Positions 1 through 8,953 of a stretch of 64,000 nt of DNA are shown here, in pieces. The position numbers and the translations under genes are program-made. The stretch spans positions 832,001 through 896,000 of the forward strand of contig CAXXDQ010000003.1 of assembly GCA_963664325.2 (NCBI GenBank), given 5' to 3'. The notes below the pieces were generated by a model that saw only the letters and a program-made list of their open reading frames with translations, did not search any database and had not been told where the DNA came from. Position 1 is the stretch's first letter. Each line of letters opens with the position of its first letter. The DNA is from Desulfomonilia bacterium (GTDB lineage Bacteria; Desulfobacterota; Desulfomonilia; UBA1062).

Positions 1-74
1 TTTTCGGTCATGGAGAAATGATATAGACGAAAGAATAGATCAGGACAAGCGGGCAGTTAATTTCCGGCTATTAT

Positions 75-542
75 TTACCCCAGTCTTTTAACCCTTTCCG
101 AGGGGCTGATTATGTCGATTATCCTTACGCCGAATTTCTCGCCTGAAACCACGACTTCTCCCCTGGCAATGAGTTTGTTGTTGACAAAAATATCGACGGG
201 TTCGCCCGAGAGTCTGTTAAGCTCGATCACCGAACCCTGTCCAAGCTTAAGCATATCCCCTATCAGCATCCTAGCCCTTCCTATTTCAACAGATATCTCA
301 AGGGGAATATCCATGACAAAATCGAGCTCTCTGGATCGTTCCTTCTCATCGGAGGTTTTTTTGAGTTCCCTGAACCTGGGCTCCTCAAGCGACTCGCCAA
401 GCCGGTCCCTTGTCTGGTTCGTATCAGTGGATTCCCTGTCTATTTCTGTGAAATTGAGTTCATCAGCCCGGTCCCTCGATAGAAGTGACTGGACTTCATT
501 AACATTTCCTGCACTTTCAAAAATCCTGTCTTCATCTGCCAT
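75..542 (-). CDS. fliN: Flagellar motor switch protein FliN
   Basis: C-terminal SpoA domain (LDFVMDIPLEISVEIGR...LIARGEVVV...KFGVRI); follows fliM. Confidence 0.95.
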   Translation of the reverse strand: MADEDRIFESAGNVNEVQSLLSRDRADELNFTEIDRESTDTNQTRDRLGESLEEPRFRELKKTSDEKERSRELDFVMDIPLEISVEIGRARMLIGDMLKLGQGSVIELNRLSGEPVDIFVNNKLIARGEVVVSGEKFGVRIIDIISPSERVKRLG

Positions 543-556
543 AATAATCCTCCGAA

Positions 557-1555
557 TTATACTTTACCGTCATATGTCCTTACTATCTCAACCGCCAGAT
601 TCTCACCAAGGGTTCCCGCCTTGCCATAAAATTTGGTTTCACCCTGCACGCTCACTGCGAGTTCACCGCCGGATGAATTTTCAAGCATTATAATATCACC
701 TTTCTTAAGTTTTGCTATCTGTCTCCCCGTGAGCTTGGAACTGCCCAGTTCAACAGATATTTCTATCGGTACGGATTTAAGGTTTCCCCTGAACTTTTCG
801 GTCCATAAACTATCGGACGGCGGTGACGAAAGGCCTGATAGGACTGCGCCAAGACCGGGTTTTATAAGCTCGATCAGCATATACGGGATGCATATCATGA
901 CCGAGCCGTTTGCATGTTCAAGTCCTACTTCGAACTCGGCTACGATTACGGCGTCATTTTCATTGATGACCCCTGTAAACTGCGGATTGGATTCGCTTCT
1001 GACATAATTAAAACCAAGATCCTCAACAGGTTTGAAAGCCTCGTTCAGATCTTTTACGGCCCCGTCGGCCACCTTTCTGAGCATGTTTTTTTCAATGGAA
1101 GTAAATTCCCTCCCTTCCATCCTGTAGCCGCTTCCTGCGCCGCCTCTTCCGCCGAAGAAAAGGTCGACCAGGGAAATTACCAGTTTGGTCTCAAGTATTA
1201 TAAGGGCGCTTATATTGAATTTTTCCGAACGGATTATGCTGATGCTTGAAGGTACCGAGATAGAACGCATGAAATTGCCGAACCTGAGTGTTTCCAGCGA
1301 TGCATAGGAGATATCACCCATCCGCCTCAGCATGTTTGAAAGCCTTACCCTGAAAAGTTTGCAGAACCTGTCGTTGACGGCATCCAGTTGAGGCAGCTTG
1401 CCCCGCACGATCTTATCCTGCGCGGCGAAGTCATAGGGCCTGGTGATCCATATCTCATCCCGGTTGCCCTTTTCAGAAGATTCTTTGGAGATATCTCCAC
1501 CGATCATGCCTCTAAGAAGGGCATCAACTTCTTCCTGGCTCAATATCTGTCCCAT
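557..1555 (-). CDS. fliM: Flagellar motor switch protein FliM
   Basis: N-terminal CheY-binding LSQEEVDALL, YDF motif, EGREFTSIE, C-terminal SpoA domain. Confidence 0.95.
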   Translation of the reverse strand: MGQILSQEEVDALLRGMIGGDISKESSEKGNRDEIWITRPYDFAAQDKIVRGKLPQLDAVNDRFCKLFRVRLSNMLRRMGDISYASLETLRFGNFMRSISVPSSISIIRSEKFNISALIILETKLVISLVDLFFGGRGGAGSGYRMEGREFTSIEKNMLRKVADGAVKDLNEAFKPVEDLGFNYVRSESNPQFTGVINENDAVIVAEFEVGLEHANGSVMICIPYMLIELIKPGLGAVLSGLSSPPSDSLWTEKFRGNLKSVPIEISVELGSSKLTGRQIAKLKKGDIIMLENSSGGELAVSVQGETKFYGKAGTLGENLAVEIVRTYDGKV

Positions 1556-1563
1556 TTTTCCCT

Positions 1564-2283
1564 CTATTCTTTTAATGCCGTACCGGCAGTATCAGTATAA
1601 GGCCTTAACTTCAGGATTACTATTTCCAGGCGGTTATTATCCGACACCGGCATCTTGGTGTTTTTATCAATATTAGGTCTTTTGCTGCCGTAACCTGTTA
1701 TGCTGAATCTTGTAGGGCTCATACCCGATTCATAAATAAAATAATCAAGAACGGAAGCGGCCATTCCAAGGGAAAGACTCGCGTCTGCATCATCAGCCCC
1801 GGATCTGGCAGTATGCCCCTCAATTGATATAAAATCCCGGGTATCTTTCAATAAAAATGTGATTCTATCCAGATATTTCGAAGCATTTTTATTAAGATTT
1901 CTCCCGGAAGCATCAAAGATTGAAGATGCAGGAATGCTCAGAACCAGACCGCGTTCGCTCTCTGAAATAAAGAGCCCTTTTTCCTCTTCGGAGAATGACA
2001 ATTTTATCTTGTTCAGGAGCTCGGCTGAAAGAGCGTTTTGTCCCGACAGCAGCTTTTCTTTACTGCCCGGCAACACTTCTTCTGGCATATTAAAGACAGC
2101 GGCCTTGCCCTTGTTCAAACTCAACCTGTCCATAACGGTTTTTTCATTGAACCCGCTCATTGCCACGATCATGACAAAAAAGGTCATCAGCAGGGTTATC
2201 ATATCGGAAAATGTGATCCTCCAATTATCCATGGGGGATATGCTGAGAAAGCTTTCTTCCTGTTTAATTCTCCTGCTCATCAC
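1564..2283 (-). CDS. motB: Flagellar stator protein MotB (OmpA-like domain)
   Basis: WRITFSDMITLLMTFFV helix with the conserved Asp; IEGHT and GYG motifs. Confidence 0.85.
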   Translation of the reverse strand: MMSRRIKQEESFLSISPMDNWRITFSDMITLLMTFFVMIVAMSGFNEKTVMDRLSLNKGKAAVFNMPEEVLPGSKEKLLSGQNALSAELLNKIKLSFSEEEKGLFISESERGLVLSIPASSIFDASGRNLNKNASKYLDRITFLLKDTRDFISIEGHTARSGADDADASLSLGMAASVLDYFIYESGMSPTRFSITGYGSKRPNIDKNTKMPVSDNNRLEIVILKLRPYTDTAGTALKE

Positions 2284-3044
2284 TTTTCCTCAATGGGTAT
2301 TTCATATCCCTTGTAATGATAAACCGGCGGAGGAGGGGTCTCTTCCTTCTTGATATCTTTCGCCCTTGCACCGGCTTCCCCCGGCATCTTGCCTGCTATT
2401 GTGATCTCAACTCTGGAATTTATATTTCTTCCGGCCTCGGTTGAATTGGATGATATCGGATGTTCGGGGCCCATGCCGTATGCCCGCATCCTCTTGTAAT
2501 CAACGCCTTTCGAAGCCAGGTAATTCATGACTGCCATCGCTCTGGCAGCCGAAAGCGTCCAGTTCGAGCGGAATGGTGCGGTTTCGACAGGCCTGGAATC
2601 CGTAAAGCCAGTGATGACGATATCATTAGGTATGCCTTTTATTAGTGATGCGACGGTGTCGACCTTTTCAAGGGAATCAGTTTTGAGCCTGGCTGAATCC
2701 TTCTCGAAGAGCAGGCTTGCCTTTATTGCAAGCGTTGTTCCCAGACTGCTTGAATAGACGCCCGTGTCCCTTATGACTCCTCCTGCCTGAAGGGCTTTCC
2801 TGAATTTTATTATATCAAGCCTGTCCGTATCCGTCATGGTAATGCCTGTAAAACCTTTAATTTGCGACGAGGTCATGCCGAAGCCTTCGAAAATGGAATT
2901 GATGCCCAGTCTTGCCTTTCTTGCGTCCGGCAGGGATATTGAGGCGAGTGCCACGAAGAAACTCATCAGGAGAAGGCTTATCGATGTCATGATCACAAGG
3001 TTTGATTTTCTCCTGAGAGACAAATTTTGTGTACTGCTGTCCAT
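2280..3044 (-). CDS. motB: MotB-like stator protein lacking the conserved TM Asp
   Basis: N-terminal TM (LLLMSFFVAL); OmpA-like domain GFTD...SNWTLSAARA...AYGMG...NSRVEI; directly after motA. Confidence 0.8.
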   Translation of the reverse strand: MDSSTQNLSLRRKSNLVIMTSISLLLMSFFVALASISLPDARKARLGINSIFEGFGMTSSQIKGFTGITMTDTDRLDIIKFRKALQAGGVIRDTGVYSSSLGTTLAIKASLLFEKDSARLKTDSLEKVDTVASLIKGIPNDIVITGFTDSRPVETAPFRSNWTLSAARAMAVMNYLASKGVDYKRMRAYGMGPEHPISSNSTEAGRNINSRVEITIAGKMPGEAGARAKDIKKEETPPPPVYHYKGYEIPIEEK

Positions 3045-3046
3045 CG

Positions 3047-3823
3047 TTATTCCCTGGATTTAGCCTTTTCTCTCTCCCGCAACCTTGGGGCGAGATATGC
3101 ATGCAGCTTTCTCTCTACTATCCTCGGGTTGTCGCCCGTGGATATCGACATTATCCCTTCAACGACGATTCCTCTTATAAGCATTTCTTCATTTGAACGG
3201 GAGGACAGTTTGCCGGCCATGGGCAGGGCAAAGAGGTTGGCGATCAGGGCACCGTAAAATGTTGTTATCAGGGCCACGGCCATTGCCGGTCCTATGCTTG
3301 AGGGGTCGTTCATGGACTGCAGCATCTGGACAAGTCCTATTAAAGTACCGACCATTCCCATTGCAGGCGCATATGTGGCAATGGAGTTTAAAATGTCCGT
3401 GCCCTTTTTATGCCTGATCCCGAGATTTTCCATCTCGCTTTCGAGGATATCGCGAATCGACTGGGGTTCAAGGCCGTCAATGACCAGTTCAAGTCCCTGC
3501 TTGAGAAATGGGTCTTTTATATCGGTTGCAGCGGACTCAAGCGCCAGGATGCCCTCACGACGGGCTTTCGTGGCGAATGTTACAAAGGCGGTTATCAGGC
3601 CTTTAGGGTCGTATGCCGATGATTTGAACGCATTTTTGATAACACCGAGAACGCCGCCGATGTCTTTCAGGGGGAAATTGATAAATACGATTCCGAGCGT
3701 GCCCCCGATGACAATGAGCGCACTCGGCAAGTCCCAGAACAGACTCAAAGGGCTGCCCATGAGGATTCCATAGAGGATCATCCCCAGGGCAACAACCAGT
3801 CCGATAATAGTTGCAAGGTCCAT
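3047..3823 (-). CDS. motA: Flagellar stator protein MotA/PomA
   Basis: MDLATIIG start, ARREGILALE, APAMGMVGTLIGLV, MAVALITTFYG; ATG at 3823 preferred over GTG at 3829. Confidence 0.95.
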   Translation of the reverse strand: MDLATIIGLVVALGMILYGILMGSPLSLFWDLPSALIVIGGTLGIVFINFPLKDIGGVLGVIKNAFKSSAYDPKGLITAFVTFATKARREGILALESAATDIKDPFLKQGLELVIDGLEPQSIRDILESEMENLGIRHKKGTDILNSIATYAPAMGMVGTLIGLVQMLQSMNDPSSIGPAMAVALITTFYGALIANLFALPMAGKLSSRSNEEMLIRGIVVEGIMSISTGDNPRIVERKLHAYLAPRLREREKAKSRE

Positions 3824-3854
3824 ATTCACACCTGCCGTTTAATTCACTTATATA

Positions 3855-3870
3855 AGCAAGCATGATGCCA
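3855..3870 (-). promoter_or_regulatory. Sigma-54 (-24/-12) promoter of the motA-fliN operon
   Basis: Minus strand TGGCAT-CATGC-TTGCT matches TGGCAC-N5-TTGC, about 30 nt before motA. Confidence 0.75.
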
Positions 3871-4065
3871 TCTGTTGATAAAAAGGCAAAAGCCTGTATC
3901 CGCCTGCATTCTTATAAGTGTTACATCCCTTATCGGCGTTTACCCCTGAACAGTTTATTGACGGTTTGATGAATTTTTTATGGCGGTCGGGTTAACAGTA
4001 GTGAGTGATGAGTTATCAGGGATGAGTTAAAGCAAAATATCAGGGCTGACGATAGAAAACATGTG

Positions 4066-5019
4066 ATGAATGAATTAAGGAGAATAGCCCAGAACGGTCT
4101 GCACAGGAATGGAAATGGATTCAGAAATCCTTTGCTTTCAGGCACCGAGAGGAATTTCTTTGATGTTCTCAAATGGAAACTTACCGGCAGGAACGGGTAC
4201 AGGGATTTGTACAGATATGAAAGGGTAAAGCCTGTGAAGATTGATTTCAAGACAATCGAGGGTAAGGACGGGTTGTCCGTCACCTTTGTTAAACATGCCT
4301 CCATATTTATAAATGACGGAGATGCCACAATACTTGTCGATCCGGTGTTTTTTTTCCTGCCGGGAGTCAGAAACTTTACACCCTTTGCATTCAAACCTCA
4401 GGAATTTCCTCCACCTGATTATGTGCTTATCACCCATGATCATTATGACCATCTCAGTTTGAGGACACTGAAACTCTTCAGAGATAAATCGAGGCTGATT
4501 ACGCCGCTGGGGTATAAAGGCCTGATAAAAGGTTATCGGAAAAGGCGTGAGGAGCTTGACTGGTTCGGCTCATACAATGACGGCAAAAGGGAGATCATTT
4601 CGGTGCCGAGCAATCACTGGTGTTTCAGAAATCCGGTAAGAGGCCGGAACAGTTCGCTCTGGTGTTCATACCTCATCAAAACTTCAAAGTCACAGAACAT
4701 TTTCATTGCAGGCGATACGGCCTATCATGATTATTTTGCCGATATCGGCAGGGATTTTAAAATCGACCTGGCCATATTCAATCTGGGAGCATATGAACCG
4801 GAATGGTTCATGAACCCGGCCCATATCAATCCTGAAGACACCGTCAAGGCCTTTCAGGAGCTTAAGGCGGACAGGCTGATGATAGTTCACTGGGGAAGCT
4901 TCAGGCTGGGCGACGACCCCGTATGGCTTCCGCCGGTGGATATTGCCCATAACATGAAAAAGGCCGGTCTATCTGAAAAGCTCGTTCACCTTGAACACGG
5001 AGAGACGCTGTTTTTGTAA
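4066..5019 (+). CDS. MBL-fold metallo-hydrolase (NAPE-PLD/RomA-like)
   Basis: THDHYDH motif, AGDT, GAYEPEW...HINPE, VHWGSF. Confidence 0.85.
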   Translation: MNELRRIAQNGLHRNGNGFRNPLLSGTERNFFDVLKWKLTGRNGYRDLYRYERVKPVKIDFKTIEGKDGLSVTFVKHASIFINDGDATILVDPVFFFLPGVRNFTPFAFKPQEFPPPDYVLITHDHYDHLSLRTLKLFRDKSRLITPLGYKGLIKGYRKRREELDWFGSYNDGKREIISVPSNHWCFRNPVRGRNSSLWCSYLIKTSKSQNIFIAGDTAYHDYFADIGRDFKIDLAIFNLGAYEPEWFMNPAHINPEDTVKAFQELKADRLMIVHWGSFRLGDDPVWLPPVDIAHNMKKAGLSEKLVHLEHGETLFL

Positions 5020-5150
5020 AATAACCTGCAGTTTTCTCCGGATCAGGCCTATTTCAGTCAGGAATTTTTTTCTTGATAAAAAAGACCTCTTTCTATAACC
5101 ATTATGCCTACATATTTTTCCACAATAAACTTCCTTGAAAAGGAGAACTC

Positions 5151-7817
5151 ATGCTTAAAAAATACGTGTACCTTTTTGGCGGAAGGGCAACCAAAGCAGA
5201 AGGCAGTGCGGACATGAAGGCCCTTCTTGGAGGCAAAGGCGCAAACCTGGCAGAGATGACAAACCTGAGCATCCCTGTTCCTCCCGGATTCACAATCTCG
5301 ACCGAAGTATGTTCTGTTTATTATGAGACCGACGGGATTCCCAAAGAGGTGAGGACCCAGGTGAAGGAAGCCCTTAGAAAAGTGGAAAAGATGATGGAGC
5401 TTTCCTTTGGCGACCCGGAAGCGCCCCTCTTGTTTTCGGTACGTTCGGGTGCACGGGCATCCATGCCGGGCATGATGGATACGGTTCTCAATCTGGGCAT
5501 CAACGATGAAACCGTTCATGGACTCATCAAGATGAGCGGAAACGAGCGCTTTGCATGGGACTGCTACAGGAGGTTCATCCAGATGTATTCCGATGTCGTC
5601 ATGGAAGCGGATTCACAGGTGCTTGAAGAAGAGCTTGAGAAGATGAAGGAGAAGAAAGGCGTCAGACTCGATACGGAGCTCGATGCAAACGACCTTAAAA
5701 AGCTTGTAAGGATATTCAAGGAAAAAGTCGAAAAACTCGTGGGCAGGCCTGTCCCTACCGACCCGATAGAGCAGCTCTGGGGAGGTATTGAAGCGGTCTT
5801 CAAGTCATGGAACACGCCGCGCGCCATTACCTACCGAAAACTGAACGGCATCCCGGACTGGTGGGGGACCGCGGTCAACGTGCAGGCCATGGTCTTTGGA
5901 AACATGGGCAACAGTTCGGCTACCGGCGTATGCTTTACGCGGGATCCATCCACGGGTGAAAAAATATTCTATGGTGAATACCTCATAAACGCCCAGGGAG
6001 AGGACGTCGTTGCAGGTATCCGCACGCCGCAGCCCATGAACGAGAAAGGCAAACGGGAAAAAGACCAGGTCTCCATGGAAAAGGCGATGCCTGACCAGTA
6101 CAAGCAGCTTGTCGAGATATACAAGACCCTTGAAAAGCACTACAAGGACATGCAGGATATGGAATTCACGGTCCAGGAAAATAACCTGTGGATGCTTCAG
6201 ACCAGGACCGGTAAAAGAACAGCTACGGCGGCAGTCAAGATTGCAGCCGACATGGTTGATGAAGGACTTATCGACAAGGAAGAGGCGGTTCTCAGGATTG
6301 ATCCGGAACAGATAAATCAGCTCCTTCACCCGGCGATAGACCCGAAGGCGAAGAGGAATATAATCGGCAAGGGTCTGCCTGCATCCCCGGGCGCAGCAGT
6401 GGGGAAGGTCGTGTTTTCCGCTGAGGATGCGGAGGTCGAGGCAAAACACGGCCAGAAGGTCATACTGGTCCGTGTCGAGACATCACCTGAAGATATTCAC
6501 GGCATGAATGTCGCCCAGGGCGTTCTCACCGCCAGGGGCGGCATGACGTCGCATGCTGCTGTTGTCGCCCGCGGTATGGGGAAATGCTGCGTTGCCGGCT
6601 GCAGTGCGCTTACCGTCGACTACAAGAAACAGGTCTGTTCCATAGGAGGGCAGAAAGTCAAGAAAGGAGACTGGCTGACTCTTGACGGGTCCAAGGGCGA
6701 AGTGATACTGGGCCAGTGCCCGACGGTCGATCCGACACTCTCGGGCGCATTCGGTATAATCATGGAATGGGCCGACAAGTTCAGAAAACTTAAGGTCAGG
6801 ACAAACGCCGACACACCCAAGGATACAAAGGTTGCGCGTGAATTTGGCGCCGAAGGCATAGGCCTGTGCCGCACTGAGCACATGTTCTTTGAAGGTAACC
6901 GCATTCTGGCTGTGCGCGAGATGATCCTGGCGGAGGACGAGAAAGGGCGTCGCAAGGCGCTTGCCAAACTGGCGCCCATGCAGAAGGGCGACTTCAAGGG
7001 CATATTCGCTGAAATGGACGGATTCCCGGTGACCATAAGGCTCCTTGACCCGCCGCTGCATGAATTCCTGCCGCATACGGACGAAGAAATTGCCGACGTC
7101 GCCAAGGCGATGAAGAAGGGTGTCGCTGAAATTAAAGCAAAGAACGAACAGTTGCACGAGGCCAATCCCATGCTTGGCCACAGGGGTTGCAGGCTGGGGA
7201 TAACCTTCCCTGAAATATACGAAATGCAGGTCAGGGCCATAATGGAAGCGGCCTGCGAATGTAAAAAAGAGGGCATCGAGGTTGAACCGGAAATCATGAT
7301 CCCTCTTGTTGCATTGGCAAAAGAGTTGGAAGTCTTGAGGGAAATGACGGTTGCTGTATGTGAAGAAGTGCTGAAAGCTGCAAAGGTAAAGCTGAAATAC
7401 ATGGTAGGTACCATGATAGAGCTTCCGCGTGCCGCCGTTACCGCAGATACCATTGCAAGGCATGCAGAGTTTTTCTCGTTCGGTACGAACGACCTGACGC
7501 AGACGACATTCGGCCTGTCACGAGATGATGCAGGCAAGTTCCTGCCGGATTATGTAGCCAAAAAAATACTCCCGGCCGATCCTTTCATGACGCTGGATAC
7601 GGAAGGTGTGGGAGAGCTTATAAGGATAGGCATTACAAAAGGCCGGGCTGCACGTGAAAACCTCAAGGTAGGCATTTGCGGCGAACACGGCGGGGACCCT
7701 GCTTCGGTGGAATTCTGCCATGGCGCAGGCATGAACTATGTCAGCTGTTCACCTTACAGGGTGCCGATTGCAAGGCTGGCCGCGGCTCAGGCTGCACTGA
7801 AAGCAGACAAAAAATGA
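5151..7817 (+). CDS. ppdK: Pyruvate, phosphate dikinase
   Basis: LLGGKGANLAEM, SVRSGARASMPGMMDT, GGMTSHAAVVARG phospho-His motif, GICGEHGGDP. Confidence 0.98.
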   Translation: MLKKYVYLFGGRATKAEGSADMKALLGGKGANLAEMTNLSIPVPPGFTISTEVCSVYYETDGIPKEVRTQVKEALRKVEKMMELSFGDPEAPLLFSVRSGARASMPGMMDTVLNLGINDETVHGLIKMSGNERFAWDCYRRFIQMYSDVVMEADSQVLEEELEKMKEKKGVRLDTELDANDLKKLVRIFKEKVEKLVGRPVPTDPIEQLWGGIEAVFKSWNTPRAITYRKLNGIPDWWGTAVNVQAMVFGNMGNSSATGVCFTRDPSTGEKIFYGEYLINAQGEDVVAGIRTPQPMNEKGKREKDQVSMEKAMPDQYKQLVEIYKTLEKHYKDMQDMEFTVQENNLWMLQTRTGKRTATAAVKIAADMVDEGLIDKEEAVLRIDPEQINQLLHPAIDPKAKRNIIGKGLPASPGAAVGKVVFSAEDAEVEAKHGQKVILVRVETSPEDIHGMNVAQGVLTARGGMTSHAAVVARGMGKCCVAGCSALTVDYKKQVCSIGGQKVKKGDWLTLDGSKGEVILGQCPTVDPTLSGAFGIIMEWADKFRKLKVRTNADTPKDTKVAREFGAEGIGLCRTEHMFFEGNRILAVREMILAEDEKGRRKALAKLAPMQKGDFKGIFAEMDGFPVTIRLLDPPLHEFLPHTDEEIADVAKAMKKGVAEIKAKNEQLHEANPMLGHRGCRLGITFPEIYEMQVRAIMEAACECKKEGIEVEPEIMIPLVALAKELEVLREMTVAVCEEVLKAAKVKLKYMVGTMIELPRAAVTADTIARHAEFFSFGTNDLTQTTFGLSRDDAGKFLPDYVAKKILPADPFMTLDTEGVGELIRIGITKGRAARENLKVGICGEHGGDPASVEFCHGAGMNYVSCSPYRVPIARLAAAQAALKADKK

Positions 7818-7818
7818 G

Positions 7819-7944
7819 TATTCCTTTTGCATTCAAGATGATGCCAAGGAGGCAAGGAGGAAGCAACGCAGGCATACATATAAGTATGGCGAGGAGCATT
7901 CTGACGCAGCTGACAATGGCAGGGCTTGAATGCGAACAGGAATA
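7819..7944. mobile_element. 126-bp MITE-like element with imperfect terminal inverted repeats
   Basis: Left TATTCCTTTTGCATTCAAG versus reverse complement of right end TATTCCTGTTCGCATTCAAG; TA at both termini; internal hairpin CATAC-ATATAA-GTATG. Confidence 0.55.
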
Positions 7945-8544
7945 ATAACTTTCGAGGGCGGCGAGGGTGCGGGCAAAACCACCCAGGCCGCTCTGCTCAA
8001 AGAATATCTGGAAAAAACCGGCCGCCGGGTTGTCTCAATCAGGGATCCCGGCGGGTCGGAACTGTCTGAAAATATAAGGAAACTCTTTCTGGGCTGCCAG
8101 ATGGATGCGATGACCGAACTGATGCTGCTCCTGGCGGCCAGACGAAATAATATAACTGCTGTCATAAAGCCTGCGCTTGATGCCGGTTCAGTTGTCATAA
8201 TCGACCGTTTCATCGATTCGACCCTGGTCTATCAGGGTGTTGCAGGAGGGCTTGGAACGGATAAAGTCAGAGCCATGATGACAGATACGGGCACATGGCT
8301 TGAACCGGACATTACGTTCCTCTTGGATATCGACCCTGAAATTGCTTGTACCCGGTATGTCCCATCGGACAGGTTCGAAACAAGGGGAATAAAGATGCAG
8401 AAAATTATCCGGCAGGGTTTTCTGAATATCTGCATAAAGAAAAGGCATCATATAATAAATGCGGGCATGACGAAGGAAGTTATATTTGAAGAAATAAAGA
8501 AAGTTATGGAGAATATGATTCATATAACAGGAAATAAGAGATAA
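7930..8544 (+). CDS. tmk: Thymidylate kinase
   Basis: ITFEGGEGAGKTTQ P-loop, RDPGG, IDRFIDSTLVYQG, PDITFLLD. Confidence 0.92.
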   Translation: MRTGIITFEGGEGAGKTTQAALLKEYLEKTGRRVVSIRDPGGSELSENIRKLFLGCQMDAMTELMLLLAARRNNITAVIKPALDAGSVVIIDRFIDSTLVYQGVAGGLGTDKVRAMMTDTGTWLEPDITFLLDIDPEIACTRYVPSDRFETRGIKMQKIIRQGFLNICIKKRHHIINAGMTKEVIFEEIKKVMENMIHITGNKR

Positions 8545-8953
8545 TATCATTTTATGAATTGCGGGGATTAGCTCTCGAGAATTTAAATAACCGGCCTTTT
8601 ATTTGTCTTGTCCTTTTTTATTTTTAACTCCGTTTTATTTCTTATCCTTATTTTAAACTTCAGGTTAGATCGGCTTATAGAGGCGGATTTCATCAGGCGA
8701 CGATTCTGAAAGCGCTTTCTGTCCTGTTCGCTAAAAAAAGGCATTCTTAATTTCATTGTCCCTGCTTGTAAAAAGATAAAAGCTCCCCCGATAACTTATC
8801 CTTAAAGGTAGACATAACAATGTCCGCTCGATCTAAAAGCCGATTTGTTTGCTATAGGAAGATGCCTGGAAGATTATTTACTGTTTGTCAATTGTTGGGA
8901 TCTGAACCACTATGGTTCTCCGCAATCCCTTATTTTGTTACTGATTTTACCAG

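Noticed and set aside
3990-4030. Short GTGATGA/GATGAGTTA repeats
   Set aside because: Too short and degenerate to support a feature.
7676-7945. ORF spanning the ppdK-tmk junction
   Set aside because: Overlaps ppdK out of frame and runs through the inverted-repeat element; no recognisable protein features.
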